From Rhodoluna sp. (GTDB lineage: Bacteria; Actinomycetota; Actinomycetes; Actinomycetales; Microbacteriaceae), in the NCBI GenBank assembly GCA_030832065.1, contig JAURJV010000058.1, forward strand, positions 6,697 through 70,696: a stretch of DNA of 64,000 bases, written 5' to 3'. The notes under the pieces are model-generated. The model made no database searches and had not been told where the DNA came from. It was given only the letters and a program-made list of their open reading frames with translations. This document shows positions 27,865 through 37,988 of the stretch, piece after piece. The stretch's first letter is position 1. The number at the start of each line of letters is the position of its first letter. A program made the translations under genes and the position numbers.

Positions 27865-28431
27865 CTAGTTATTTAGCCAATAAATTACTGTGTCCCCATA
27901 GTTCTTCGTTTCGGTGAGTTTGATTTCTTCAGGGAAAACTGGGGCTTCAGTGCGACTGGATCTTTCTAAAACTATGGTGGCATTTGGTTTTAACACCCTA
28001 ACCAACAGAGTCAGGACCTCAGTGACCATCTCATTACTAACTTCGTAGGGAGGGTCAATGAAGACCAGGTCATACTCTGTTCCAATAGTGGGGATGACGC
28101 TGGTTACTGATTTACCTTCAGCTCGAATATCGCAGTCAGTATCTTCTTTTTGCAGAGCAGCCTTAACCATCCGCATGTTTTGGATGATGCCGCCGAGAGC
28201 CTGCTTATTGTTTTCCACCAATAGAACCTGCTTGGCTCCACGGCTGGCGGCTTCGAGGCCGAGAGCACCTGTGCCTGCGTATAAGTCCAAGACCCTGGCA
28301 TTCTCAATTAGGTTTAGAGCATCTAACCGGCTGAACACACTTTCACGAATGCGGTCGCTGGTTGGTCTAGTTACCTTGGCTGGTGAGGCTAAAACGCGGC
28401 TACCTGCGATGCCACCGATAATTCTGGTCAT
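27865..28431 (-). CDS. rsmD: 16S rRNA m2G966 methyltransferase
   Basis: TRPTSDRIRE, LDLYAGTGALGLEAASRGA, DPPY. Confidence 0.95.
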   Translation of the reverse strand: MTRIIGGIAGSRVLASPAKVTRPTSDRIRESVFSRLDALNLIENARVLDLYAGTGALGLEAASRGAKQVLLVENNKQALGGIIQNMRMVKAALQKEDTDCDIRAEGKSVTSVIPTIGTEYDLVFIDPPYEVSNEMVTEVLTLLVRVLKPNATIVLERSSRTEAPVFPEEIKLTETKNYGDTVIYWLNN

Positions 28432-28477
28432 AGTGTGGCTAGCCTAACTTAGTAAGACCTTCGGGGAAGATTTAAAC

Positions 28478-30613
28478 ATGCTGTTACCGCAAACACCTTT
28501 GGATCGACTACTTGGTGATAAGACCGCCAAGAGTCTCGCCAAGCACCTCGGGCTGGTAACCGCTGCCGATTTGCTCACCCATTACCCAAGGAGATACTCA
28601 GCCAGAGGTGAACTTACCCAAATAAGCGAGATACCGGTTGGGGAGATGGCAACCCTGGTTGCTGATGTGGTCGATGTCAGCGAAAGAAGAATGAAGGGTA
28701 AGTCAGGCTCAATACTTGAGGTAAAGATTACTGACGGGAATGGCTTTGTAACGGCTACGTTTTTCAATCAAGCCTGGCGAGCTCAAAAACTAAAACCAGG
28801 GGTTCGTGGTTTATGGTCGGGAAAGATTGGCAGCTATAACGGCAAGCTGCAACTGTCTCACCCCGACTATGCCCTCTTCGTCGATGAGATTGAAGACGAA
28901 GTAGCCAAGGCCTGGGCTGAACTTCCTATTCCTATTTATCCAGCATCATCCACCTGCACCACCTGGATGATTCAAAGATCTGTTCGCATCATCCTCGACG
29001 GCATGCCTTCTATTCAGGATGAACTACCCGCTGAATACGCTGAAGGATTCCTGCCACTGGAGCAAGCTATCCGTCAGGTTCATCAACCGAAGACCCTGCA
29101 AGAAGCTAAAGATGCAATTGAGACACTTCGCTATCATGAAGCCTTCGCCTTGCAGGCAACGCTGGTTAAGTCACGAATAGAAAATAGACACCAGAAGAGT
29201 GCTATCCGTGAAGCTAAAGCGGATGGACTTCTAACTAAGTTCGACAAAGGCCTGCCATTCCAACTCACCGATAAGCAAATCATCATCGGCAATGAAATCG
29301 CTGAAGACCTAGCTGCAGGGCATCCGATGAACCGCCTGCTACAGGGTGAGGTTGGTTCCGGTAAAACACTGGTTGCCGTTCGGGCGATGATAACCGTTGC
29401 TGAATCAGATGGCCAATCAGCGCTACTTGCTCCTACCGAAGTTTTGGCAGCTCAGCACTACCAATCCATTCTGAAAACCCTAGGACCTGACCAAGCCAAG
29501 GCTTTAGGGTTAACCCTGCTGACCGGTCAGCTTTCCACGGCTGATAGAAAAGCAGCAATGCTGGGGATTGTCTCGGGTCAGGCAAAGATTATTGTTGGAA
29601 CTCACGCTCTATTTGCTGAGAAGGTTGAGTTCTATGACTTAGGCCTCATCGTCATTGATGAGCAACACCGCTTCGGAGTTGAACAGCGTGAGGCTCTAAG
29701 GCTCAAAGGTAAAACCGCTCCACACGTCTTAACCATGACTGCAACGCCTATTCCTAGAACTTTGGCTGTGACAGTTTTTGGTGATTTGGACATATCAATC
29801 TTGGATCAGCTACCTAACGGTAGGCAGCCAATCACATCCCACGTTGTAACCGACAGTCAACCGCAGCTAGTTGCCAGAGTCTGGCAGCGAGTTGCCGAAG
29901 AGGTTGCTAACGGACGTCAGGTCTTTGTGGTTTGCCCTCGCATTGATGAGAAGGATGAACCAACAGACATTGAGATAACCGAGGATGACAAGCCAAAGCG
30001 ACCGCTGGCAGCCGCTGTCTCTGTTGCTGAGGCTTTGAAAGTAAACCCTGTTCTAAAGGGATTAAGGATTGGCTTACTACACGGCAAGCAGAGCTCTGAA
30101 GTTAAAGCAGAAGTCATGACTGCCTTTGCCAATAAAGAGCTAGACATCCTGGTTGCCACCACGGTTATCGAAGTTGGGGTTGATGTTCCAAATGCCACCA
30201 CGATGGTCATTCTCGATGCTGATCGGTTTGGTATCTCTCAGCTCCACCAGTTGCGTGGCCGTGTTGGTCGCGGTGGTTTAGCCGGGCTGGCTCTGATGCT
30301 TACCTCAGCCGAAGAAGGATCATTAGCTCTTGAGAGAGTGAAAGCGGTTGCTGCAACTAACGACGGCTTCAAATTGAGTGAGATTGATTTAGAGCTACGT
30401 CGTGAAGGCGATGTTCTTGGAGCATCCCAATCAGGTGGCAGATCATCACTAAAACTGCTCAGAGTCCTGAGAGATCAAGACATCATCCAGCAGGCCAGGG
30501 CCCAAGTGATTGAACTGTTTGAGAAAGACCCCACCCTAGAAAAGCACCCAATCTTGGCTGAAGCCCTTGAGTTAGCAGATCAGCAAAGAGCAGACTTCCT
30601 AACTAAGTCATAG
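28478..30613 (+). CDS. recG: ATP-dependent DNA helicase RecG
   Basis: LQGEVGSGKT, DEQHRFGV, MTATPIPR, QLHQLRGRVGRG. Confidence 0.97.
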   Translation: MLLPQTPLDRLLGDKTAKSLAKHLGLVTAADLLTHYPRRYSARGELTQISEIPVGEMATLVADVVDVSERRMKGKSGSILEVKITDGNGFVTATFFNQAWRAQKLKPGVRGLWSGKIGSYNGKLQLSHPDYALFVDEIEDEVAKAWAELPIPIYPASSTCTTWMIQRSVRIILDGMPSIQDELPAEYAEGFLPLEQAIRQVHQPKTLQEAKDAIETLRYHEAFALQATLVKSRIENRHQKSAIREAKADGLLTKFDKGLPFQLTDKQIIIGNEIAEDLAAGHPMNRLLQGEVGSGKTLVAVRAMITVAESDGQSALLAPTEVLAAQHYQSILKTLGPDQAKALGLTLLTGQLSTADRKAAMLGIVSGQAKIIVGTHALFAEKVEFYDLGLIVIDEQHRFGVEQREALRLKGKTAPHVLTMTATPIPRTLAVTVFGDLDISILDQLPNGRQPITSHVVTDSQPQLVARVWQRVAEEVANGRQVFVVCPRIDEKDEPTDIEITEDDKPKRPLAAAVSVAEALKVNPVLKGLRIGLLHGKQSSEVKAEVMTAFANKELDILVATTVIEVGVDVPNATTMVILDADRFGISQLHQLRGRVGRGGLAGLALMLTSAEEGSLALERVKAVAATNDGFKLSEIDLELRREGDVLGASQSGGRSSLKLLRVLRDQDIIQQARAQVIELFEKDPTLEKHPILAEALELADQQRADFLTKS

Positions 30614-30630
30614 TCGGCTAACCTTATTAC

Positions 30631-31101
30631 ATGGCCATCGCCGTATATCCCGGTTCTTTCGACCCATTCACCTATGGGCATCTCGACATTGCTATCCGGG
30701 CAGCCAAAATGTTTGAAACTGTCCACGTAGTTGTGGTTCACAACCCAAACAAGAAGCCCCGCTTCTCAGCCGTTCAAAGAGTTGAGATGATTCGCGAAAT
30801 CCTAGATAACGAAAAAGGCAACTTTATCGTCAACTCTTTTGATACCGGTTTGCTGGTCGATTACTGCAAGACCGTGAACGCTGATGCACTTGTTAAGGGA
30901 ATCAGAACTAACGTTGACCTTGATTATGAATTACCAATGGCTCAGGTAAACAGAGATCTCAGTGGTATTGAAACTGTATTCATTCCAGCGGATCCGGTTC
31001 ACGGTTTCGTATCCTCTTCGTTGGTAAAGCAGGTAGCCGACCTTGGCGGAGACATTAGTAAATATGTCCCAGAGTCGGTGGCTAGAAAGCTGCGTGGCTA
31101 A
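30631..31101 (+). CDS. coaD: Phosphopantetheine adenylyltransferase
   Basis: YPGSFDPFTYGH and VSSSLVK. Confidence 0.97.
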   Translation: MAIAVYPGSFDPFTYGHLDIAIRAAKMFETVHVVVVHNPNKKPRFSAVQRVEMIREILDNEKGNFIVNSFDTGLLVDYCKTVNADALVKGIRTNVDLDYELPMAQVNRDLSGIETVFIPADPVHGFVSSSLVKQVADLGGDISKYVPESVARKLRG

Positions 31102-31613
31102 TGAGCATTTACAAGATTCCAGTTCATGACCTGATGCATAAGCCAGGCACGATGCGCGAGCTGACCACTGAACTGACCCTCGAGGCTGACCTAGGGGCAG
31201 GTTTAGCTCAGGTTAGTAAAGGTGGGTCGATTGACCTAGAACTGCGATTAGAGAGCGTTCACGAGGGCATCTATGTCTCCGGAATATTGAAGACCGAGGC
31301 AGAAGCCGAGTGTTCTAGGTGCCTAGACCCAGTAAAGGTGCCAATCAAGGTGGATATTCAAGAGCTTTTCGCCTATTCTTTACAGGTAGAAGATGACTTG
31401 GTCATCCAGGACGAACAAATCGACTTGGAACAGGTCATCGTTGACTCGGTTGTTCTAAATCTTCCGTTCACCCCTATTTGTAAGGCAGACTGTCTTGGTC
31501 TGTGTGCTGAATGTGGTGCGAAGTTGAATGAAGAGCCGGATCACGCTCACGAAGCCAAGATTGATTCAAGGTGGACCGAGTTACAAAAGTTTGCTAAAGA
31601 AAGTGAAGACTGA
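31101..31613 (+). CDS. yceD: YceD/DUF177 family protein
   Basis: ECSRCL and C..DCLGLC..CG motifs, DSRW; lies upstream of rpmF. Confidence 0.92.
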   Translation: MSIYKIPVHDLMHKPGTMRELTTELTLEADLGAGLAQVSKGGSIDLELRLESVHEGIYVSGILKTEAEAECSRCLDPVKVPIKVDIQELFAYSLQVEDDLVIQDEQIDLEQVIVDSVVLNLPFTPICKADCLGLCAECGAKLNEEPDHAHEAKIDSRWTELQKFAKESED

Positions 31614-31816
31614 TGCCAGTTCCTAAAAGACGCCTGTCGAGATCAAACACCCGTCACCGTCGCTCAGCTTGGGTGGCCAACAACACCCAGTTGGTAAAGA
31701 CCGTCGTTAACGGTAAGACCGTATACAGCTTGCCTCACCGCGCTCGTGCAGTAGAAGACTCGAACGGTGACGTTCAGTTCTACGAGTACAAGGGCCGCAA
31801 GGTAGCTGACGCCTAA
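31613..31816 (+). CDS. rpmF: 50S ribosomal protein L32 (cysteine-free form)
   Basis: PVPKRRLSRSNTRHRR N-terminus; between yceD and rnc. Confidence 0.96.
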   Translation: MPVPKRRLSRSNTRHRRSAWVANNTQLVKTVVNGKTVYSLPHRARAVEDSNGDVQFYEYKGRKVADA

Positions 31817-31831
31817 ATCTAGGCTCAGACA

Positions 31832-32506
31832 GTGAATTACGCCGCGCTTACCGAACGGCTTGGCATTTCTATTGAACCTGCCTTACTTGAGTTAGCGCTA
31901 ACTCACTCTTCGTTCTCTTACGAGAATGGCAAAACACCCAACAACGAACGCCTGGAATTTCTGGGGGATTCGGTGTTGGGTTTTTTAGTTACTGAGCACG
32001 TTTACCAACTTCACCCAGATCTTGCTGAAGGTGAACTTTCCAGACTAAGAAACGCTGCTGTTTCAGCTAAGACCCTAAGTCTTGCTGCGATGAACATTGG
32101 TCTCGGTGAATTCATTCTGCTTGGTAAAGGTGAATCGCTTTCCGGTGGTTCTTCCAAGTCCAACATTCTTGCTGATGCTTTTGAGGCAGTTCTAGGAGCC
32201 GCCTTTATCTCTGGGGGAATCGATGCAGCCCACCGAATCGTCAGCGATTTAATTTTTCCGCTAATTGATGACAGTCAGGTGCTGTTAGAAACCAGCGAAC
32301 CTAGAACAGTCTTACTGGATCTGATCAAGAAGATGGGCTTAGGTGAACCGGTATTTGAGATTACCCATGAGGGACCAGACCATGATCGAACCTTTTTTGC
32401 GACTATTTTGGTTGACGGCAAAAAGATCGGCTTTGGTGAAGGCAGATCTCGTAAGGCGGCTGAAGCTCTAGCCGCCAGCTCAGCACTAAAAATGCTAAGG
32501 GGTTAG
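31832..32506 (+). CDS. rnc: Ribonuclease III
   Basis: NERLEFLGDSVL signature plus dsRBD (EGPDH). Confidence 0.97.
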   Translation: MNYAALTERLGISIEPALLELALTHSSFSYENGKTPNNERLEFLGDSVLGFLVTEHVYQLHPDLAEGELSRLRNAAVSAKTLSLAAMNIGLGEFILLGKGESLSGGSSKSNILADAFEAVLGAAFISGGIDAAHRIVSDLIFPLIDDSQVLLETSEPRTVLLDLIKKMGLGEPVFEITHEGPDHDRTFFATILVDGKKIGFGEGRSRKAAEALAASSALKMLRG

Positions 32507-32508
32507 TC

Positions 32509-33450
32509 TTGCCCGAATTACCTGAAGTTGAAACAGTTCGAGCTGGTTTAGCCGAGAGTCTAACCGGAGCTAAAGTTCAGTCAGTTATCGTTCACGACCC
32601 AAGAAGCCTAAAACGCCACCTCGCCGGAAGCCGAGATTTCATTGAGACCCTCAGCGGAAGAAAAATCGAAGCTGCGGTTCGCCGGGGTAAGTTTCTTTGG
32701 TTGCCCCTCAGTCGCAAACGCGGTGAAGAGCAGCTAGCGCTGATGGGCCACCTGGGCATGAGCGGCCAGATGCTGCTTCGCTCACCTGACTTTGAGGCCG
32801 AAGCGCTTACTCGAGTAACCATCAAAGTTAGGACTGCTGAGCGAGAGAGGCTGGAGCTTCGTTTTGTCGATCAACGTATCTTTGGTTCCTTGGCGATTGA
32901 TTTCATGGAAGAGACCCCGGATGGACTAACCGCTGGTTTTAGTGGAACTAATGAACTATTCAGTTGGAGTAATTTGATTCCAAGTCAGGCTAAACACATT
33001 GCTCGTGATCCGCTAGATCCAAATTACGACCTTGATGCTGTGCTAAAGAAATTCAAGGCTAAGCATTCCGGAATCAAAAGGGTTTTGTTGGATCAACAGG
33101 TGGTTAGCGGAATTGGCAATATTTATGCCGATGAGTCGCTCTGGCGGGCCAGGATTCACTATGACCAGCCAGCTTCGACCATTTCCAATGCCAAGGCTTC
33201 ATTGCTCATGGCTGAGGTCACACAGGTCTTGGCGGCGGCCGTTGAGGCTGGGGGAACCAGCTTTGATGAGCAATACAAGAACATCAACGGGGAGTCGGGC
33301 TATTTCAGTGTCAGCCTGAACGCCTACGGAATGACCGGTTTACCCTGTAATCGGTGTGGGCGGGCTATCAGACGCGACAACTGGATGAACCGAGGAAGCC
33401 ATTATTGCCCCAATTGCCAAAAACTTAGGACTTCTAGAGCCTCAAAATAG
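32509..33450 (+). CDS. mutM: Formamidopyrimidine-DNA glycosylase
   Basis: PELPEVE, HLGMSG, GIGNIYADE, C-terminal Zn finger. Confidence 0.97.
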   Translation: MPELPEVETVRAGLAESLTGAKVQSVIVHDPRSLKRHLAGSRDFIETLSGRKIEAAVRRGKFLWLPLSRKRGEEQLALMGHLGMSGQMLLRSPDFEAEALTRVTIKVRTAERERLELRFVDQRIFGSLAIDFMEETPDGLTAGFSGTNELFSWSNLIPSQAKHIARDPLDPNYDLDAVLKKFKAKHSGIKRVLLDQQVVSGIGNIYADESLWRARIHYDQPASTISNAKASLLMAEVTQVLAAAVEAGGTSFDEQYKNINGESGYFSVSLNAYGMTGLPCNRCGRAIRRDNWMNRGSHYCPNCQKLRTSRASK

Positions 33451-33534
33451 CCCTTATCGCCGTTTCGGTGTTTTATATGAGGTAATTTTTTATAGAGACT
33501 TAAGTCTTATTTCCCCTTACGAAAGCGAACTAAA

Positions 33535-36500
33535 TTGCACCTGAAAAGCCTGACCCTCAAGGGCTTTAAGTCGTTCGCTACTCCTACCACTTTTGCCCTA
33601 GAAAAAGGCGTCACCTGTGTAGTGGGGCCAAACGGTTCAGGTAAGTCCAACGTCGTTGACGCTCTGGCCTGGGTTATGGGTGAGCAGGGGGCTAAGACTC
33701 TTCGCGGTGGCAAGATGGAAGACGTTATCTTTGCCGGAACCGCAACCAAAGGTCCGCTTGGCCGAGCCGAAGTTTCGTTGACCATTGACAATGCCGACGG
33801 TGCCCTGCCGATTGACTACGCCGAGGTAACCATTTCTAGAACCCTGTTCCGTAATGGTGGTTCTGAGTATGCGATCAACGGTGAACCCTGCCGTTTACTG
33901 GATGTCCAAGAGCTCTTATCCGATACCGGTTTGGGCCGTGAGATGCACGTAATCGTAGGTCAGGGAATGCTAGACGGTGTCCTCAAGGCAACCCCAGAAG
34001 AGCGACGGACCTACATCGAAGAAGCTGCCGGTATTTTGAAACACCGCCGGCGCAAAGAAAAGACTGAACGCAAACTGGAAGCCATGCAGGCTAACCTGAC
34101 CAGATTGAACGATCTTGCCGGTGAAGTTAGACGCCAGTTGAGACCACTTAGCCAGCAGGCTGAAACCGCCAAGAAGGCTCAGGGTATCGCCAGCGTGGTT
34201 CGCGATGCCAAAGCTCGTTTGATGGCTGCCGACATCGTGGAACTGCTAAACGGCTTGGATGAAACATCACAGTCAGAGGCAGATCGCAAAGCTGAGCGAA
34301 ACATTTTGCAACAGCAACTAGATGCTAATAACCAACGGCTCGGCGAACTGGAAAGACTTCAGATGTCCAGTGAAGTTGAGCAGGCTAGATCGCTCGCCTT
34401 CAACTTGGAATCACTAACCGAGAAGTTCCGTTCGCTAATGACCATCGCCAACCAGCGAATCACCTTGCTTGACTCCCAGAACAAAACTAAAGCCGCACTG
34501 ATTAACCCTGCGGCTATCGCCACCGAGGCAGATGTTGCTGACCGCAACGTGGTGGAACTAACCGTTGCGGTTGAAACACTGCGTCAGGCACTGCAAGCTG
34601 CCGAGCGCACCAGGGACGATGCCAGAGCTGTGCTGGAGGCATTTGATACTCAAGCAGCGGCTAAATCACAAGAAATTGCAAACTACGACTCAAGGCTTAA
34701 CACACTGGCAGGAGCCATCAACCTAGCCGAAGCTAAAGTAACTTCGCTGGTTGGACAACTTGAGCGTCAGGAAGCTGCCGTCGCCGATAGTGCTACTCGA
34801 CAGCAAGAAGCCCTCGATGAACTTAGCTCTCTGGAGCAGGAACTCAACCGCAGTCAACCAGCCGATAACTCCTATGAGCAGAATTACGAAGTTGCTCAAA
34901 AATCCGTTTCTGAGATAGCCAACAGCATTGAAGATATTCGTGAGCAACTGCACCGCGCCGAGCGTGAACGCGATGCGTTGCAGGCTAAGCGCAGTGCCCT
35001 GAATCTAACCCTGGAACGCAAAGACGGAGCCAGTGAGATCACGAACGCAGGACTTGCCGGGATTAGAGGATTACTAGCCAGCCAGATTGAAATTGAGCCT
35101 GGCTTCGAAGCTGCAATTGCTGCGGCTCTTGGTTCACTCGCCGATGCGATTCTGGCTGATTCAAGAGACGATGCACTATCCGCTATTGAACATTTGAAGC
35201 AGTTCAATGCCGGTCGCGTTGAACTGGTTATTGCCGATGTTGAGAATCGGGCTAAGCCGGCTAACCTGCCTAACCTTGCTGGGGCTCGGAACGCAGTTGA
35301 TGTAGTTTCAGCACCTAACGGAATTCTGGCAACACTTAGTGATGTTGTAGTGGTTGACGATCTCGCTGCGGCGAGAAGGCTTTACTCTGCCGAGCCAAAT
35401 GCCACAAAGTTGCGAGTTATCACTAAAGCCGGAGATGTGCTCACCGAGTCGGTTATTCGAGGCGGTTCCGCAGATAGCTCATCAAAGGTTGAACTGGTTG
35501 CTGAACGTGATTCAGCCGAGCGACTGCTGGCAGAAGTAAACAGCAAGCTGGAATCGCTAAAGCAGGAACTTGAAGCAAAGCGTGCCGCCGAATCCTCTGC
35601 CAAAGAGAACATGGCCCGTGCTCTTGCCGAATTGAAGCGTCACGATGGCGATCGTGCAGCCAATGCCGAGAAGCTAGCCAGAGTTCGTGTTCAGGCTGAA
35701 GCTGCCGAAGGTGAAAAGAATCGTTTGAGCAATGTGGTTGAGGAAACCCGTCAGGTGATTGAATTTGCCAAGCTAGAAGTTGAAGCTGCCAATACTGCCT
35801 ATGAAGACTTTTCTAAAACTGAACGGCCAAGCCAAGACCTAGCGGCTCGAGATGCTCTGGTTGCCGAAGTCGACCAGGCCAGAACCAAAGAGTTTGATGT
35901 TCGGGTTGAACTGGGTGCTGCTACTGAAAAACTTCGCGTTGAAACCGATCGGGCACTAGCTCTTCGCAACCAGGTTGCCGATGCTCTGGATGCTATCGAG
36001 CAGGCTAAAGAAGAGTCAGTCTTGCGCTCCAGCCAGTTGGCTTCAGCCAAATCAGTGATGGCTCTGCTACCAACTGTTATCGCTGCGATGAGCGATAGTG
36101 CTGGCATGGCCAAAATCGCACTCCATGACTTGGAATCTAAGCGCACTAACCAGAACGACGAATTGGTTCGCCTGCGCGGTGAGACTGCCTCGATGATGAA
36201 TCGAATGACTCAGTTGACCCAGACTGTTCACGACATCGAGCTGGCGAATCACGAGAAGCGTTTGAACCTAGCCAACCTGGTGGCCAAAGCTAACGATGAC
36301 TTAGCCCTTGACCAACAGACTTTAGTTACCGAATATGGGCCAGATCAGTTGGTTCCAGATCCAGAGAGCCCAGAGACTCCAAGACTCTTTGACCGAGCAG
36401 AGCAGCAGAAGCGTTTGCACGAAGCTGAGCGCTTGCTGGAGCGTTTGGGTAAGGTCAACCCACTGGCGCTTGAAGAGTTCGCTGCTCTGGAACAGCGTCA

Positions 36501-37047
36501 CAAGTTCCTCACCGAGCAGCTAGCTGACCTGACTAAGACCCGCGCTGACCTGATCCAAATCATCAAGGAACTGGATGAAAAGATGCAGGTTATCTTCGAA
36601 GAAGCTTTCGCTGATACCAAGAAGGCTTTCGAGGAAGTTTTCCCTGTGTTATTCCCCGGTGGTACCGGATCGATATTCCTAACCGATAAAGAGAATCTGC
36701 TGACCACCGGTATTGAAGTGAACGTTAAGCCGGTCGGTAAGCGCATCGAGAGGCTGAGCTTGCTCTCCGGTGGAGAAAGATCACTGGCTGCTCTTGCTCT
36801 ACTCTTTGCAATCTTCAAAGCTCGCCCTTCACCTTTCTATGTTCTTGACGAGGTTGAGGCAGCTCTAGATGATGCCAACCTGGGCCGACTATTGAATATC
36901 TTTGTTGACCTGAAGCAGTCATCCCAGTTGGTTATCGTGACTCACCAAAAGCGCACCATGGAGATTGCCGATGCTCTCTATGGAGTCTCGATGCGTCAGG
37001 ACGGTATTTCAGCTGTAGTTGGTCAGCGTATCGAAGAATCTGAGTAA
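33535..37047 (+). CDS. smc: Chromosome segregation protein SMC
   Basis: GFKSF, GPNGSGKSN, coiled coils and hinge, LSGGE, LDEVEAALD. Confidence 0.97.
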   Translation: MHLKSLTLKGFKSFATPTTFALEKGVTCVVGPNGSGKSNVVDALAWVMGEQGAKTLRGGKMEDVIFAGTATKGPLGRAEVSLTIDNADGALPIDYAEVTISRTLFRNGGSEYAINGEPCRLLDVQELLSDTGLGREMHVIVGQGMLDGVLKATPEERRTYIEEAAGILKHRRRKEKTERKLEAMQANLTRLNDLAGEVRRQLRPLSQQAETAKKAQGIASVVRDAKARLMAADIVELLNGLDETSQSEADRKAERNILQQQLDANNQRLGELERLQMSSEVEQARSLAFNLESLTEKFRSLMTIANQRITLLDSQNKTKAALINPAAIATEADVADRNVVELTVAVETLRQALQAAERTRDDARAVLEAFDTQAAAKSQEIANYDSRLNTLAGAINLAEAKVTSLVGQLERQEAAVADSATRQQEALDELSSLEQELNRSQPADNSYEQNYEVAQKSVSEIANSIEDIREQLHRAERERDALQAKRSALNLTLERKDGASEITNAGLAGIRGLLASQIEIEPGFEAAIAAALGSLADAILADSRDDALSAIEHLKQFNAGRVELVIADVENRAKPANLPNLAGARNAVDVVSAPNGILATLSDVVVVDDLAAARRLYSAEPNATKLRVITKAGDVLTESVIRGGSADSSSKVELVAERDSAERLLAEVNSKLESLKQELEAKRAAESSAKENMARALAELKRHDGDRAANAEKLARVRVQAEAAEGEKNRLSNVVEETRQVIEFAKLEVEAANTAYEDFSKTERPSQDLAARDALVAEVDQARTKEFDVRVELGAATEKLRVETDRALALRNQVADALDAIEQAKEESVLRSSQLASAKSVMALLPTVIAAMSDSAGMAKIALHDLESKRTNQNDELVRLRGETASMMNRMTQLTQTVHDIELANHEKRLNLANLVAKANDDLALDQQTLVTEYGPDQLVPDPESPETPRLFDRAEQQKRLHEAERLLERLGKVNPLALEEFAALEQRHKFLTEQLADLTKTRADLIQIIKELDEKMQVIFEEAFADTKKAFEEVFPVLFPGGTGSIFLTDKENLLTTGIEVNVKPVGKRIERLSLLSGGERSLAALALLFAIFKARPSPFYVLDEVEAALDDANLGRLLNIFVDLKQSSQLVIVTHQKRTMEIADALYGVSMRQDGISAVVGQRIEESE

Positions 37048-37049
37048 TT

Positions 37050-37988
37050 ATGTTTTGGCGCAAAAAGTCCAAAGCAGATTCAGCAGAAACTCCGCTAGAG
37101 GCAGTCGAACTTCCTAAGCGCAATCTAACCAAGAGCATCAAATCAGTTTTCAGCAGAATAAAGTTTGATCTCGATGACCTCATCACACTCGAAGACACGT
37201 TGATTCAATCCGACTTTGGGGTTGATGCGGCTGCGGCCATAGTTGATGATCTAAAGAGTAGAGCCAAGCGCGCATCGGCTAGCAGTGAAGCTCAGTTGCG
37301 GGCAATCCTTTCCGAACTGTTGGTTGAGCGATTGGCTCGTGCAGATACCGAACTTAACCTAAACAGCGAAGTTCAGCCCTACGTGATTTTGGTGGTGGGG
37401 GTCAACGGTGCTGGTAAGACTACAACGATAGGTAAATTGGCTAACTATCTGATTCAAGGTGGTGCCAAAGTTACCCTAGGAGCTGCTGATACTTTCCGAG
37501 CTGCTGCGGTGGAGCAGTTGGCTACCTGGGCGACTAGATCTGGCGCTGAGATTGTTAGACCTAAGACGGAGGGGCAGGACCCTGCTTCGGTGGCTTTTGA
37601 AACGGTGGAGACTGCCATCGCTAATCAGAGCGACATCGTCATTATCGACACAGCAGGACGTCTGCAAAACAAGCAGGGGTTGATGGATGAGCTCGGCAAG
37701 ATTAGACGAATCATTGAGAAGAAATTGGTAGTCAATGAGGTGCTGCTGGTGCTGGATGCCACCACCGGTCAGAATGCTCTAACTCAGGCCACAGCCTTCA
37801 CTGAGGTTGCTCAGGTCACCGGTCTGGTGCTGACCAAACTTGATGGCAGCGCTAAAGGCGGCATTGTCTATTCGATTCAGCGGGAACTTGATATTCCTGT
37901 TAAGTTAATCGGTGTTGGTGAAGGAATCGATGACTTTGGTTTCTTTGATCCTGAAGACTTTGTTACCGGATTACTCGGGGAGGTGTAA
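37050..37988 (+). CDS. ftsY: SRP receptor FtsY
   Basis: GVNGAGKTTT, DTFRAAA, DTAGR, TKLDG. Confidence 0.96.
   Translation: MFWRKKSKADSAETPLEAVELPKRNLTKSIKSVFSRIKFDLDDLITLEDTLIQSDFGVDAAAAIVDDLKSRAKRASASSEAQLRAILSELLVERLARADTELNLNSEVQPYVILVVGVNGAGKTTTIGKLANYLIQGGAKVTLGAADTFRAAAVEQLATWATRSGAEIVRPKTEGQDPASVAFETVETAIANQSDIVIIDTAGRLQNKQGLMDELGKIRRIIEKKLVVNEVLLVLDATTGQNALTQATAFTEVAQVTGLVLTKLDGSAKGGIVYSIQRELDIPVKLIGVGEGIDDFGFFDPEDFVTGLLGEV

Noticed and set aside
31613-31816. Cysteine-free L32 as a zinc-starvation paralogue
   Set aside because: It occupies the core yceD-rpmF-rnc position, so it is the primary copy.
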